The notes: generated from the sequence alone by a model not told the origin. Shown: positions 1-17,277, numbered from the stretch's first letter. The stretch: DNA of 64,000 nucleotides from the human T2T-CHM13v2.0 reference genome, Homo sapiens (GCF_009914755.1 NC_060943.1), one strand, 5' to 3'. Program-made: numbers and translations.

Positions 1-115
1 TGTTAAAATGCCTTCCAATATTACTTACATTTGTGGTGTTCCTCAAGAGAAAAAAATAAATGACATCAATTAATGAGTCATGAATAAAGCCCTTCCTACA
101 CTTTTATATAATATT

Positions 116-1797
116 TCACAAGAGTGAAATGAAGTGAGAGCTTGAAGAAAATGCTTTCTCAAAATCTTTAAATTCATAGGATTTCTCAAAAGTGTAAATA
201 TTCTGGTGTTGAGCAAAGTTTGACTCATGACTAAAGGTGTTCCCATAGTCTGTCCATTCACAGAGATTTGCACTATTATGAATTTTTTGTTCAGTAAAAT
301 ATGAATGGTGACTAAAGATGTGGCTACTTTTCTTGCATCCATAAGGTTCTGCATCAGTATGAATTTTCTTATGTCGTGTAAGCTGTGAACCCCAGATAAA
401 AGATTTCCCACATTCTTTACATACGTAAGGTTCCTCACCAGTATGCATTCTCTGATGTCGAGTAAGTTGTGAACCCCAGAGAAAGGCTTTTCCACATTCT
501 TCACATTCATATGGCCTCTTTCCAGTATGAATTTTCTGGTGTCGATTAAGTTCTGAACCACGAAAAAAGGTCTTTCCACATTCCTTACATTCATAGTTTC
601 TCTCACCAGTATGAATTTTCTGATGTCGATTAAACTCTGAGCCATGAAGAAAGGTCTTTCCACATTCCTTACATTCATAGGATTTCCTCTCATTGTGAAT
701 TTTCTCATGTTGAGCAAGATACGAAGCCCAAGTAAAAGTCTTCCCGCATTGCTTACATTCATAAGGTTTCCTGCCAGTATGAATTCGCTGATGTCGAGCA
801 AGGTGTGAGCTCCAAATATAGGCTTTCCCACATTTCTCACATTTATAAGGTTTCCTACCAACATGAACATTCTGATGTTGAGCAAGATTTGAACCACGAA
901 TAAAGGCTTTTCCACATTCCTTACACTCATGAGATTTCTCACCAGTATGAATTCTCTGATGCTGAGTTAGGTGTGATCCACGAGTAAAAGCTTTCCCACA
1001 CTCCTTACATTCATAAGGTTTTTCACCAGTGTGAATTCTCTGATGTTTAATAAGATGTGATCGCTGACTAAAGGCCTTTCTACATTCATTACATTCATAG
1101 GGTTTTTCACCAGTATGAATTCTCTGATGTCGAGTAAGATCTGAGCCACAACTAAAGGCCTTCCCACATTCCTTACATTCATAAGATTTCTCACCAGTAT
1201 GAATTCGCTTATGGACACTAAGTTGTGAATGAAATCTAAAGGCTTTCCCACAATCCTTACATTTAAAAGGTTTCTCACCGGTATGAATTCTCTTATGACC
1301 AGTAAGACTCGAACGTAAACTAAAAGACTTCCCACATTCTTTACATTCATATGTTTTCTTAACAGTGTGAACTGTCTGATATTGAATAACTTCTGAATCA
1401 GGAAGAAAGGTATTCCCACATTCTTTATCTCCACAGAATTTCTCACTTGTGTGAATTAACTGATGTTGAGTATGATCTGAACCAGAAATAAAGGCTTTCC
1501 CCAGTTCTTTAAATTCATTCAGTTTGTCTCCTGTATTAAGTCTCTGGTGTAGATTAAACACTGTATGCTGGTTAAAAGTGGGCCTTTTTTCACAGGTGCG
1601 TATCACCTGCTTGAAGCATTCCTCTTGATTATCTTGAAGTGTTTGAAACTGAGTGTTGCCTTCCCAGTCACCTCTAAAACATAAACAGTCAAGGCTGTGG
1701 TTTTTACAAATTCTCATTATTTCCAATTGGGCTATTTCTCTCTCAAAAATGCCATTTTTTGGTAATAACTTCTTGGTCTGACACCTCGACTGCATGT
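116..1797 (-). CDS. ZNF790: ZNF790 last coding exon: spacer, 12 intact C2H2 zinc fingers and flanking degenerate fingers
   Basis: Acceptor tcttatttttcag|AC ATG CAG (phase 1, D-M-Q-S-R-C); 12 CxxC-x12-HxxxH repeats with TGEKP-type linkers; TGA at 118-116. The ORF-track start at 1891 is intronic. Protein recognised as ZNF790. Confidence 0.96.
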
Positions 1798-2575
1798 CTG
1801 AAAAATAAGAAGGTAAAAACATCATACGGTTGTATGTACAAAAAGCAATACAACTTCTAAAATAGATATAGAAAATCTTGAAGTAAAGCATATGAGAAGT
1901 GAATGGCTTAGAAAATTCTCAAATATGAGCAATATGAAAAAAAGGGCAAGAAATAAGTAGAAATTTAAAAGAAATAAAAGTTGAGTCAAGTGATGAGAAA
2001 TATGTTTTATTTTGATCATATTCATCTGAGGAGCTCAATAAAAAATGATTATCCAGGTATCACCTCAATAACAGAATAATAAGTCATAAAATACCTACAA
2101 GTTTCCAAGTACTATGATGAATGTCTTATATAATTCAGAGCTTAAAAATAGGAATGCTGGGAAATAGCAGAATATCAGTCTAATATGAGGGAAGTAATCT
2201 GATCCAGAGTTACCAAAGTACTAGGATCTCAATAGCAGGGTATGCTGCATTTAGGTTAAAGGAGATAATTATGGGTGATAGTTCAGACAGAAAAATAGTT
2301 TGAAGGCCAGGTACAGTGATTCACACCTTTAATCCCAGCACTTGGAAAGGCTGAGGCAGATGGATTGCTTGAGCCCAGAAGTTTGAGACCAGCCTAGGCA
2401 ACATGGCAAAAACCCATCTCTATAAAAAATTAGCCAGGAGTGGTGGTGCATGCCTGTGGTCCTAGCTACCTGGAAGGCTGAGGTGGCAGCATCACCTGAG
2501 CCTAGGAGATGAGGCTGCAGGGAGCCATGATCACACTACCACACTCCAGCATGGGTGACAGAGTGAGACCCTGTG

Positions 2576-2742
2576 TTTTTTTTTTTTTTTTTTTTTAATA
2601 CTTTGAGTTTTAGGGTACATGTGCACAATGTGCCAGTTAGTTACATATGTATACATGTGCCATGCTGGTGTGCTGCACCCATTAACTCGTCATTTAGCAT
2701 TAGGTGTATCTCCTAATGCTATCCCTCCCCCCTCCCCCCACT
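2576..2742 (-). mobile_element. 5'-truncated L1PA (L1PA3-like) 3' end nested in an AluJ (2306-2770)
   Basis: Poly(T) plus L1 3'UTR end (CCCATTAACTCGTCATTTAGCATTAGG); TSD gaccctgtgtt/gaccctgtctt; host Alu has its own TSD aaaaatagtttga. Confidence 0.9.
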
Positions 2743-3207
2743 GACCCTGTCTTAACAACAACAAAAAAATAGTTTGAGAAATTTTTTCAAGGGAGAAGGA
2801 GTCTGGCACAAGCTAAGAATAAGTACTCCTCTGTGACTCTTTTTTCTAATGTATATATTTAGGATCGAGTACAATTGTTATCAGTTTTTCTTGGGAGACA
2901 GCAAGTACTCTAGCAGTGACTCAATGAATTGAAAGGCAGTTTAGTTACAAAGTATGAGCAGTAATGTACTGCAATGGAAAGATGACAAACTGCAGTTTCA
3001 GACTCTAGTTCTGTTTACTAAAACTACTTTTTAGGTGATTGGAAAATTACTGAGCTTGACTGAGCTCTTAATTTTTCATATTATAAAAAGGAATAAAACA
3101 TCACTTTGCAGAGGTTTGTTGCAAGGATTGGGAATAATACGCTATTTCTATTAAGTGCCTGACACAGGATACGTGTTGAATAATCAGTAGCTGATGATTA
3201 TTATTAG

Positions 3208-3529
<322 letters not shown>

Positions 3530-4197
3530 TAAAATGCTGTGATTACAGGCATGAGCCACCGCGTCTGGCTGGGCTTGTCTTTTATGACACTGTGTTCTTC
3601 TCGTTGTACTTCATAAGCCCTAACCTTTCTTCTGCCACTTCCTCCTCACTGTGACCAGAAACTGTTATCACCTGTTACTCTGATTTTCAACTAAGCAGCC
3701 TATTAGGTCTTCTCTTAATGTTCCCTGTATGCAGAAATGTGTGGCCATGTTCCAATCACAGAAGAGAACAAAAAGTTTCTTAAGAGACAATATATTCTTG
3801 TTAATTCTTTTAAACCTAAAATAAGAAAATCCATAAATGTTGGTTAAAAGAATGAACTAATAAGGAGAACTAATAAATGCAGGCAATGTACAATCAAGGA
3901 GAAGATAGGAAAAATGACAAAAATTCAAAAGGGATGGGTAAAATAAAAAAATGAGGTTAAAAAAATTTTTTTAACTGAATGAAGAATTTTACGAAAATTA
4001 AATTTTAAAAAAGGGAGATGAGAAGGAACTTGATCCAAATCATAGATAAAATAAGGGCCACTGGAGAAAAGAATGGCACTTACCTTTTTGTTACATGAGT
4101 GAAAAATGAGAGCACAAAAATAGAGTGGTATTTGGAGTGAAGAGAAAGTTCTTTGAGAAAAGGTTTTGTCTCTATCTAGGCCTCAGGCCCTTATTAA

Positions 4198-4383
<186 letters not shown>

Positions 4384-4964
4384 TAGTTTTTGTATTTTTA
4401 GTAGAGACGAGGTTTCACCATGTTGGCCAGGCTGGTCTCGAACTCCTGACCTCAGGTGGACTGCCTGCCTCGGCCTCCCAAAGTGCTGCAATTACAGGCG
4501 TGAGCCACGGCACCCAGCCAGTTTTTGTTTTTGTTTTTGTTTTCCCCTGAGACAGAGTCTCACTCTGTCGACCAGACTGCAGTGCAGTGGCACGATCTCG
4601 GCTCACTGCAACCTCTGCCTCCCTGGTTCAACAATTCTCCTGCCTCAGCCTCCCGAGTAGGTGGGACTACAGCTGCACGCCGACATGCCTGGCTAATTTT
4701 TTGTATTTTTTTGTTTTTGTTTTTGTTTTTGTTTTTTTAGTAGAAATGGGGTTTCACCATGTTGCCCAGGCTGGTCTTAAACTCCTGAGCTCAGGCAACC
4801 CACCAAAGTGCTAGGATTACAGGCGGGAGCCACCACACCCGGCCCATTTTTTGGTCTTAAGGGGATATTCCAGACCAATATTTCAGAGGTGTTGCTGCCT
4901 CACTGTGCAGCTGAGCTGTTATCCACAACAATGGCCTCCTTGTGCGTGTTCAGCCCTCACTCAC

Positions 4965-5060
4965 CTGGGCAAGGTCCTCTTGTCTCATCCCTCAAAATCT
5001 TCCAGGGCTCTTTCCCTTTCTCCAATAAAGAGAACGCTTCTGGCTGATAAATGCAAAAAC
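4965..5060 (-). CDS. ZNF790: ZNF790 KRAB-B exon (96 bp, GFCIYQPEAFSLLEKGKEPWKILRDETRGPCP)
   Basis: Acceptor ttctgggcag|GT, donor CCAG|gtgagt; phase 1/1; LEKGKEPW KRAB-B motif. Confidence 0.95.
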
Positions 5061-5326
5061 CTGCCCAGAAGATGAGAAACAGCAAAGAACCACATTGTAA
5101 AGATTCTAAAATTTGCAACTACTTCTTTGGTTACTAAGGAAGAGAAACAATTACAGGCAGGACAAAAATAAGTATAAACTATGGGAAAGATGGAAGTGCC
5201 CACTGATGATAACTATTGCCAGATTTACAAAGCGCAAACCATTTTCTAAAAAACAAAGGTCAGAAGTTACCCTGGACATTTAAAAGACAATAAAAAAAAT
5301 CACAATACAGAAAGCAGGAATTTCTA

Positions 5327-5662
<336 letters not shown>

Positions 5663-5695
5663 CTACATGCTCTTTTTTTTTTTTTTTTTTTTTGA

Positions 5696-5857
<162 letters not shown>

Positions 5858-7290
5858 TAGTAGAGACGGGGTTTCTCCGTGTTAGTCAGGATGGTTTTGA
5901 TCTCCTGACCTTGTGATCCACCCGCCTCGGCCTCCCAAAGTGCTGGGATTACAGGTGTGAGCCACGACACCCAGCCTACATGCTCCTTTTTTTTGTTCTT
6001 TTACGAGACAGAGTGTTGCTCTGTCACCCAGACCGGAGTGCAGTGGTGCAATCTCGACTCACTGCAACCTCTGCCTCCCAGGTTCAAGTGATTCTTGTGC
6101 CCCAGCCACCCTAACAGCTGGGGTTACGTGTGTGCACCACTGCGCCTGGCTAATTTTTTGTATTTTTAGTAGAGACAGGGTTTCGCAATGTTGGCCAGGC
6201 TGGTCTCAAATTCCTGACCTCAAGTGATCCACCCACCTTGGCCTCCCAAAGTCTTAATGAGCCACTGCACCCGGTAAAAACTCCTGTTGCTCAGTTACCA
6301 CATCTTTATGATCTTCAAATCACAAATACCAAAACATCAGAATGGTAGCCCAGAACAGACATCATAGGAGTTTTTTGTTGATACCACTGAGAGGCTACAC
6401 CAGCCTGGAAGAACTAGCCCCAGATTTATTATGTGAGAAAAGTTGGAGGTTTTGTTAGTTGTAAGCAGTCTTTACTGGGCACAAACAGACTTGTGCATAC
6501 AGAGCCTTTGGCCCAGGTAACTGTCCTTTGCTTAAGCTACTACTTTTAGTTGAATTATCTGTTAGTTTAAACTGAGAGAATTCTCAAGAGATACACTCCC
6601 TGGCTGAATATTATTTTCTGTGGAAAATGTGTAGAATCTCCAGACTTTGTTAAGCAGCTGACAATCAGCAAATTCAGTGTCATAAGTGATTACTGTGAAA
6701 GTCATCAGATGAGTTTTTTGTCGATACCACTGAGAGGCTATACCAGCCTGGAATAACTAGCCCTGGATTGTTAATGATATTAACCTTTCATTAATTTCCT
6801 GGAAAATCCCAGATCTCTTTGAACTCAACCTCCCATCATATCTGCTAAGGAAAGCATCACAAAGTGCCACATACCTAAATGAATCCCAACCAACACCAAC
6901 TCCCATCTTGATTAAATGAAACATCCCATTCTACAGAGTAAATAAAAGCCTTTATGTAGTATGTCCCCTTTAATTATTCTATCCCCTCTTGTTAAGCCAC
7001 AGGTTTGAAATGAAAAGTCTTTACTGTTCCCCTTAAGGAAATGTATTTCTCTTCTTCAGTGCTCTGCCAGATTGGGACACAGGAGATAACTGAAAGCCCT
7101 GGTGGATAGATTTGGTCATACTGGTTGGAGAAAAGAGGGATATCTAGGGAAAGCATTGGACTGTTTCACAGTCATTACTTATGACACTCAATAGTGATTC
7201 AGGTAAGCAGTTTAAGGATAAGCAATAAAAATATTCACATGATTTGATATAAATGGGTTATATTTTTGGAGAGAGGCAATTCCAACTCAC

Positions 7291-7299
7291 ATGGGCCAT
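7291..7299 (-). CDS. ZNF790: ZNF790 start codon exon, coding part M-A-H (whole exon 7372-7291)
   Basis: GTC ATG GCC CAT|gtgagt with strong Kozak; acceptor ttctttccttctag| at 7373; the four exons join to a 636-aa ORF. Confidence 0.9.
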
Positions 7300-7971
7300 G
7301 ACTTAACATTCCAAGTCCACCAGTCCTTCTCTGGATTCTTTCTTGGTGAGGCAGCGTGCTGGGAAAGCAGAGCTAGAAGGAAAGAATCACAAGGTCAGGC
7401 CTTTCTCAGAGCTCTCAAAGGGACAAATAGGAAATGCCATTTTCTTCCTTGGAGGTAAGTCAGAAGGAACCTGAAGAAATCCTGGCCCTATCCAAAACCA
7501 GAGAGATTCAACAAAAGCAGGATGAAGTTTCAGTCGAATCACTTATGCCAAAATCATGATCTGGATCAGGATACTACTAGATAAGTCAATTCTGGCTTGC
7601 CCTAAATTCATACATACCTACATTAACATTTATCCTCAAGCCGCCTATGAATGTCAGTTAATTGTCTCATTTAAAACATCTGGAAATGGGTCACTTGCTC
7701 AAATTCACTATTAGGAAATATCATAGGTTTGCTGAATGCAAAGCTTGTTACTTTGAATACTGTATCCTACCCTCTGGATTTCAGAATTTCTTATTTTATT
7801 GAGTGAAGGATGAGCTGGGCCTTTCCCTTATAGGAGCAGCCCATGATCTCTGCCTCCTGTGTTTTCATTGACAGTGAGCATCAGGGTGGCTTTTTCATGA
7901 AGGGAACCCAAAGATGGAAGGAAGGCTGGATTGGGCGAGTAGTCAGTGTTGTGAAGCACGAACTTTTATTA

Positions 7972-8273
<302 letters not shown>

Positions 8274-8575
8274 TTATATATAGATAATTTTATAATTATC
8301 TATATATAATTATATATATAATAAAAATTATATATATATATGCCTCTCTGAATCTAGCTTTGCACTTAGCACAAGGGAATCAGATAAATAAGTTGCAAGA
8401 CCTACTATCAAGGAATTCACAGTCAGAAAAGTAAGCAGCAATTACAATACTGTAGGAAATAAAGGTAATCATGGTTATGAAAGGAGCCAACTAGTTCTAA
8501 GGAGCCCAAACCAAAACTAGTTTTTAACAGAAAATTTCCTATAGGAAATGGTACTTCAGCTGACTCTTGAGGGGC

Positions 8576-8793
8576 TGTTCTGTGTGGGAAATGCGCGAGG
8601 GGAGAAGAAAAGACACACAATACCTTTAAGGGTAAACAACCTTTATCCCACATAAATGGCAATGCAGATATAATAAGCAAATGATATAATAAGCAAATTG
8701 CAATGGGAAGAGAAGGGAAAATATATGTACATACATAGATATATATGTGTGTTGTGTGTGTATGTGTGTATATATGTGTGTGTGTGTATATAT

Positions 8794-8879
<86 letters not shown>

Positions 8880-9346
8880 TTACCAAACTATAAGCATTCA
8901 CCACCAGACTGGGAAGCAACAGCCTGGGCTCCAGAGTCAGACACTACACCCAGCAGACTATGGAGGATTCACCACCAGACCGGGAAGCAACAGCCTGGGC
9001 TCCACAGTCGGCCACCCATCCGTGCACAGGCGAGGAGAGGTCTCATGAAGCTTTGGTGCAGTCTGGGAGCTTAGCTCTTTTTGTAACAAGTTGTTTGGCA
9101 TGAGGCCCAGTCACAAGGGCCCTTCCTGACTGGGCTCAAGGAACACAAAAAGTTCAACCTGTTTTTGCGATTGTCTATTGTTTTTCAATGACTAATGTAT
9201 AGGAATAGATTGAAATAGAGAATTCTCCGAAACAGCACTGGATGAACGCTTCAAGGGGCTCACACAACCTGTTCCAGGACTTGGTGACCATTGTTTGTGT
9301 CCATGTTCAATTGAGTTCAAATTTAATATTTAACTTTTCCTCCACA
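8576..9346 (-). mobile_element. Complete solo LTR, LTR18B-like (ERVL class)
   Basis: TG...CA termini, exact 5-bp TSD GGGGC (8571-8575, 9347-9351); minus strand starts TGTGGAGGAAAAGTTAAATATTAAATTTGAACTC. Family name is from memory. Confidence 0.8.
8741..8878. repeat. Compound (TG)/(CA)n/(TA)n microsatellite inside the LTR
   Basis: Directly visible; roughly 18 CA then 19 TA units. Confidence 0.95.
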
Positions 9347-9863
9347 GGGGCTCACCAGAGAAGACAGGGCAAGGTGAGGGGGATCTCCTAGCAGAGGAAA
9401 CAACATGCGCCAATCAAGCAAAGATATTTTTGTGCATTCAAGGAACACAGAGAGGAAAGACAGTGGCAGATGGAGACGTATAAAGCAGGGATCCTGTTAT
9501 GAAAAGCCCTAAAAAATAGGGTATAGAGTTTGGGCCATATTTCAGAGGTAATAAGAAAGCATTCTGCATTTTTAAAGTAAGGTTTAAAAATGTTTCTAAT
9601 TAGAGATACAGCAAAGTTGGTGTGAGAGGATAAAGACTGATATACATAATCTGAGGAGTTCATGAAAATTCCATGTAAAGCCTGTAGTATGAATTGGTCC
9701 TAGGAGACAGACAGCTTCAGGGGCATAGAGAACTTTAAGCACTTTTCCAAGAAGAGTGAAGGGCTGGAGAATAAATTGTGAACTAAAATATATTTTGTGT
9801 TTGAGAACATGAAGTACTTGAGAGTGATTATTACACGGTTTTAAGAAAAAACTAGTTCTTTTA

Positions 9864-10211
<348 letters not shown>

Positions 10212-10809
10212 TCAGTCATGCTGGAGTAGAGTGGTGCAATCACAGTTTACTGTTGCCTCAAACTGCTAGGCTGAAGCGATCCTTCCACCTCAGTCTGCTG
10301 AATAGGGTGGGACTACAGGAATGCACCACTGTGCCTGGCTAATTTATTTTATTTTTGTCGAGACGGGGTCCGCTATGTTGCCCAGGCTGTTCTCAAACTC
10401 CTGGCCTCAAGAAATACTTTCCCACCTTGGCCTCCCAAAGTGCTGGAATTACAGGTGTAGGCCACCATGTCCAGCCAAAAACTAATTCTAATCCTGATAT
10501 TCCTCCTCCTGGAAACCATGTAGACAGAAACAAGAAAATCAAAGTAAATCCCAACCATCAGGAAACAGAAAATGAACAGATTCCAAATTATTTGGAGATG
10601 TGAAAAGAAAATGAAAGAACAATGTCTGTGGAAGCCACAGTGATGCTACAAAGAAAAACAAATGAGGAATATCCATTCCCATGGGGAGTAGACCATATCC
10701 TGAATGAAAGTTTCTGTGAGCAGGAATGATGTCAAAAGGAGGTGGTAAAAGGAGGCCCGAAGATGTCAGGGGGATTCAAGGTGGCAAAACACATTGGTTG
10801 TATTTTTTT

Positions 10810-12235
<1,426 letters not shown>

Positions 12236-12649
12236 ACTTGGCTGTATTCCTTAATTATAGTAGAAGACACTGGGTGAACTCAGAGCTGATAATAGGAGTC
12301 CTCCTGAACCAGTTGAGCTTCTGAATGGTAAAGAAGGCCTGGCTATTCAAAGGGAACCAAATTTTAAAAAAATTGTCTTCTACTGGGGTAACAGAGGAAG
12401 AAACCCTTGAGCAAAAAAACCTTAAAAACTACCCTTGCCCCATTCACTTTTTTCACATGAAAATACCAGTGACAGCTATTCCAGGAAAATCTATTACATC
12501 CTCTCCAAAATATAAATTAGATATAACATGCGTAAGATAGTTAGATAAAAGTTTTAGGCTGGTGCAGTGGCTCACGCCTGTAATCCCAGCACTTTGGGAG
12601 GCCAAAGCGGGCGGATCACGAGGTCAGGAGATCGAGACCATCCTGGCTA

Positions 12650-12883
<234 letters not shown>

Positions 12884-13967
12884 TCAAAATCCCCCATGTA
12901 CAAAAAAACTCACTAAAAAAATCAGAGAAGATGAAAATCATCACCCAACATTTCAGTCTGAATTAAAAAAAAAGTATGATGCAATTGCAGCTCTAAAAGC
13001 AGACCACAAGCAAAAATATACGATCTCAGGAGAGAGAAGAAAGTAATAGATAGACCATAGATGGGAGTTAGTGGAATTCAAGACTGAAAGAGAAAATAGG
13101 CTAAGTCACATCAGAAATGAAGAATAAACTAGCTAGTGCAGCGGCATGTGCCTGTGGTCCCAGCTACTTGGGAGACTGAGTCTAGAAGATTGCTTGAGTC
13201 CAGGAGTTCAAGGTTGAGGCCAGCCTGGGCAACACAGTGAGACCCCCATCTCTAGGCGCATAAGATCTGACAAATGCCACAGAAAGTATAGTATGGAACA
13301 CAGAATACAGAAATTAATGAACAGAACAAAATTTAACAAAGAAACAAAAATCATTTGAAGAAATGAAAATGAAAAGAGAGATCCAATATGCAAAACGCAG
13401 AGCACCTAAAAATGAAATCCAAATTAAGAGGATATATCTAAAACGATGGTTGTAGCTGTGTATCTAACACTACAGTTTTAATACTCAAGATGAATTTCCT
13501 GAAATAGAGTATAAATAAACGTGATGAAAAGTGAAACCATATTACAGGTGAAAATGAACCAAAATAGTAGCAAAACATGACCTAATAAAATTAGACTAAA
13601 ACTCATGGGGAATCAAGATAAAAATATCAAATATAAGAAAAAGGAAATTCAATTGTCATCAGACTTCTGCAGTGCTAAATTCAGTACCCCAAACAGTGGG
13701 GTAAATCTTCCAATATACTTGTGAAAAAAACAAATGAGGGAGTCAAAACATTTTTATATCCAGCCAAGCTGTCATTCGAGTATAAAGGATATAAGGAGTT
13801 TTATGATGCAACTTAGGAAATACTGTTGACATGCGCTGTTTCAGAAGAAGCTACTAGAAGACATACTCCAGCCACAAAAGAACAATAGTGAAAGTTTCAG
13901 CAAAAGAATAGTAGTGATGCTGAACATATTTAAATGCAAATCTAAATAAAATAGTAAAAGCGGAATT

Positions 13968-14470
13968 ATGGTAGCCAGCATCCTGGATGGCCCCAAAGGT
14001 ACCCAGTATGTGGTATTCACAACACTGTGTAGCTGCCTCCTATACTGAATAGGATTAACTTGTATAGCAATAAGGTACTGCGGAAATGATAGAGTATGAG
14101 ATAGATATAAAAGACACTGTGGCTTCCAGCTTATGCGTTCTTGCTGTCCTTTTGCTCTGGAGAAAACCAGTTGACGTATCACAGGGACACTTAAGAAACC
14201 CCATGGAGAGGTCTACATGGTGAGAAACTGAAGTCTATTGCCAATAGCCATGTGAGAGCCACGTTGGAAGGTGATCCTCTAGTCCCTGTTATGCCTTCAA
14301 ATGATAGCAGCCCTGGCCAAGAGTGTGACTGCAACCTCAAGAGACCCCAAGCCAGAACTTCCCAGCTAAGCCACTCCTGAACTCCTGGTCCACAGAAAAT
14401 GGTGTTAAGATAATAAATATTTATTTCTGTTTTAGGGTAATATGTTTTACAGCAATAGATAACTAATATA
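13968..14470 (+). mobile_element. MLT1 (MLT1F-like) MaLR LTR
   Basis: ccatggagaggtctacatggtgagaaactgaag core and acagcaatagataactaatata end. Confidence 0.75.
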
Positions 14471-14766
14471 GAAATGAAGGTTAGAGAATAGAAAATAGAC
14501 TAGCTCATTGATTGCCTCATTTGTGATAACTGAGAGATAAAGGGTGTCATTTCAAGCTGAAAATCAAGGGGAAGAAATTTAGAAATGTTTAGGACTACAG
14601 CCAAGGCAGGAGGACTGCCTTGAGGCCAGGAGTTTGAGGCCAGATTAAGCAAAAGAATGAGACCTTCTCTAAAAAAAAAAAAAAAATGAATACAAATGTA
14701 AGTCAAACAGGGCAAAATGTCAATTAAATTTCAACATACAAGCAAAAAGTAGGAAATTTAAAATGA

Positions 14767-15168
<402 letters not shown>

Positions 15169-15831
15169 TAGTTAAAGAAGACCTAAACAAATGAAATAAT
15201 TTATCACATTCATGGGATGAAAGGCTGATAATTTTCAAGGTGTCAGTTTCCCCAATATAGTGGTATAGGAAGCTTAAAAGTAAAAGGATAGCAAAAGATA
15301 TACCATGCAAATCATAATCAAAATAATGCTTAGGTGGCTATAATATCAAGACACCATAGATTTCAGAGCAAATAAATAACATGGAAGAAAGGATGGTCTT
15401 GAATACATGGTGCCAGGTCAACTGAATTTATATGAGGAAAACAAATCATGATTTCCCCTCACGACACAAAAATCAATTCCAGGTTTATATACCTACATGT
15501 GACAGATAAATATAGATGAAAATACAGAATATCTTCATACCTTGGGGATAAGCAAAGATTTGAATAAGATACAGAGTACAGACCATAAAAGAAAAATGAT
15601 AATGATCAGACTACATTTTAAAAAGCAATTTTTGTTCATCAGAAAAGAGTGAATGGGCTGGTCATGGTGGCTTATGCCTGTAATTCCAGCACTTTGGAAG
15701 GCTGAGGCGGGTGGATCATCTGAGGTCAGGAGTTCGAGACCAGCCTGACCAACATGGAGAAACCTTGTCTCTTACTAAAAATACAAAATTAGCCAGACAT
15801 GGTGGCGCATGCCTGTAATCCCAGCTACTCA

Positions 15832-15936
<105 letters not shown>

Positions 15937-17277
15937 TCAAAAAAAAAAAAAAAAAAAAAAAAGACAGTGAGTAAAAATGCAAACCTTACGCTAGGAGACG
16001 ATATATACAATACACAAAGCTGACAAGGGACTCATTCAGATTATACAAAGAACTCTTAAGGATTAACAATGAAAGACAAGTTTCCCAACAGCTAGGCTAA
16101 GAACTTGAACTGGCACTTCCCAAAGGAAGATATCCAAATGGACAATGCACATTAAAACAAAGGTATTCAAGTTCCTTAGTCATCAGTTAGGAAAACCACA
16201 ATGCAATACCACTACATATCCACCATATTGGCAAACATTTTACAGTCTGACAATGCCATGTGTTAACAAGAAGATGGATCAATTGGAACTTGCATAAACT
16301 GTTGATGGGAACTTTTAACTGGTTCAGCCATTTTGGAAAACTGACAGTATCTGCTTGAGGAGATTCACATACTCTTACTCACCAATTCCTCTCCTTGGAA
16401 TAACCCAATAGAAATGCATACATGTAAACACAAAATGACAAGTGCAAGAATGCTCTCTTCCTGATTATTCATGAGAATAACGTATTGTCTGTATATATGA
16501 TAAACTTCAATAAAAAGACTAGGAAGAAATACAGCATATTACAAGGCAAATACAAACAAAAAAATAAGCAGAGGCCATGATCTTGAGCATGCTAAAGCCT
16601 GCAATTCATAATAAACATATAACAATCATTAATATCTGTATATCAAAGCAACAACAACTTTCATAAAGCAAAAGTTACAGGTTATATAAAATAAAATTTT
16701 GGCTGTGCACGGTGGCTCACACCTGTAATCCCAGCACTTTGGGAGGCCAAGGTGGGCAGATCACAAGGTCAGGAGTTCAAGACCAGCCTGGCCAATGTGG
16801 TGAAACCACGTGTCTACTAAAAATACAAAAAAAATTAGCCGGGCATGTTGGCGCATGCCTGTAGTCCCAGCTACTCAGGAGCCTGAGGCAGGAGAATTGC
16901 TTGAACCAGAAGTTGCGGTAAGCCGAGATCCCACCACTGCACTCCAGCCTGGGCGACAGAGGGAGACCCCGTCTCAAAAAAAATAAAATAAAATAAAATA
17001 AAATTTCATTAATACACCTCTCTCAATCCAAGACAAATCAAGTGTAAGGCAAAAAGTAAGTATAGACTGACCAGATGTTAGATCACAAATAAAAGTTCAC
17101 TAAGTTCCAAAGTTTAAAAATAACACAATATAGCAAAACTGTAAATTATATTATTGGTGAAGTGGGGACCTATGTACTTTACTGGAAGTCTTCAACATAA
17201 TCAACAGAGGTTGAGGTCCCCTTATGTCACAGGGATCAAGACTCCTCCACAACACTGAGGCCAAGACACTACACCAC

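Noticed and set aside
70-1446. 290-aa and 159-aa ORFs overlapping ZNF790
   Set aside because: Off-frame shadows of the finger repeat (MNVRNVGKP pattern), expected in any KZNF exon; no independent evidence of translation.
1798-1891. N-terminal extension of the 591-aa ORF
   Set aside because: Intronic polypyrimidine tract upstream of the acceptor.
8423-9074. YI/CV/HT repeat ORFs
   Set aside because: Microsatellite translations.
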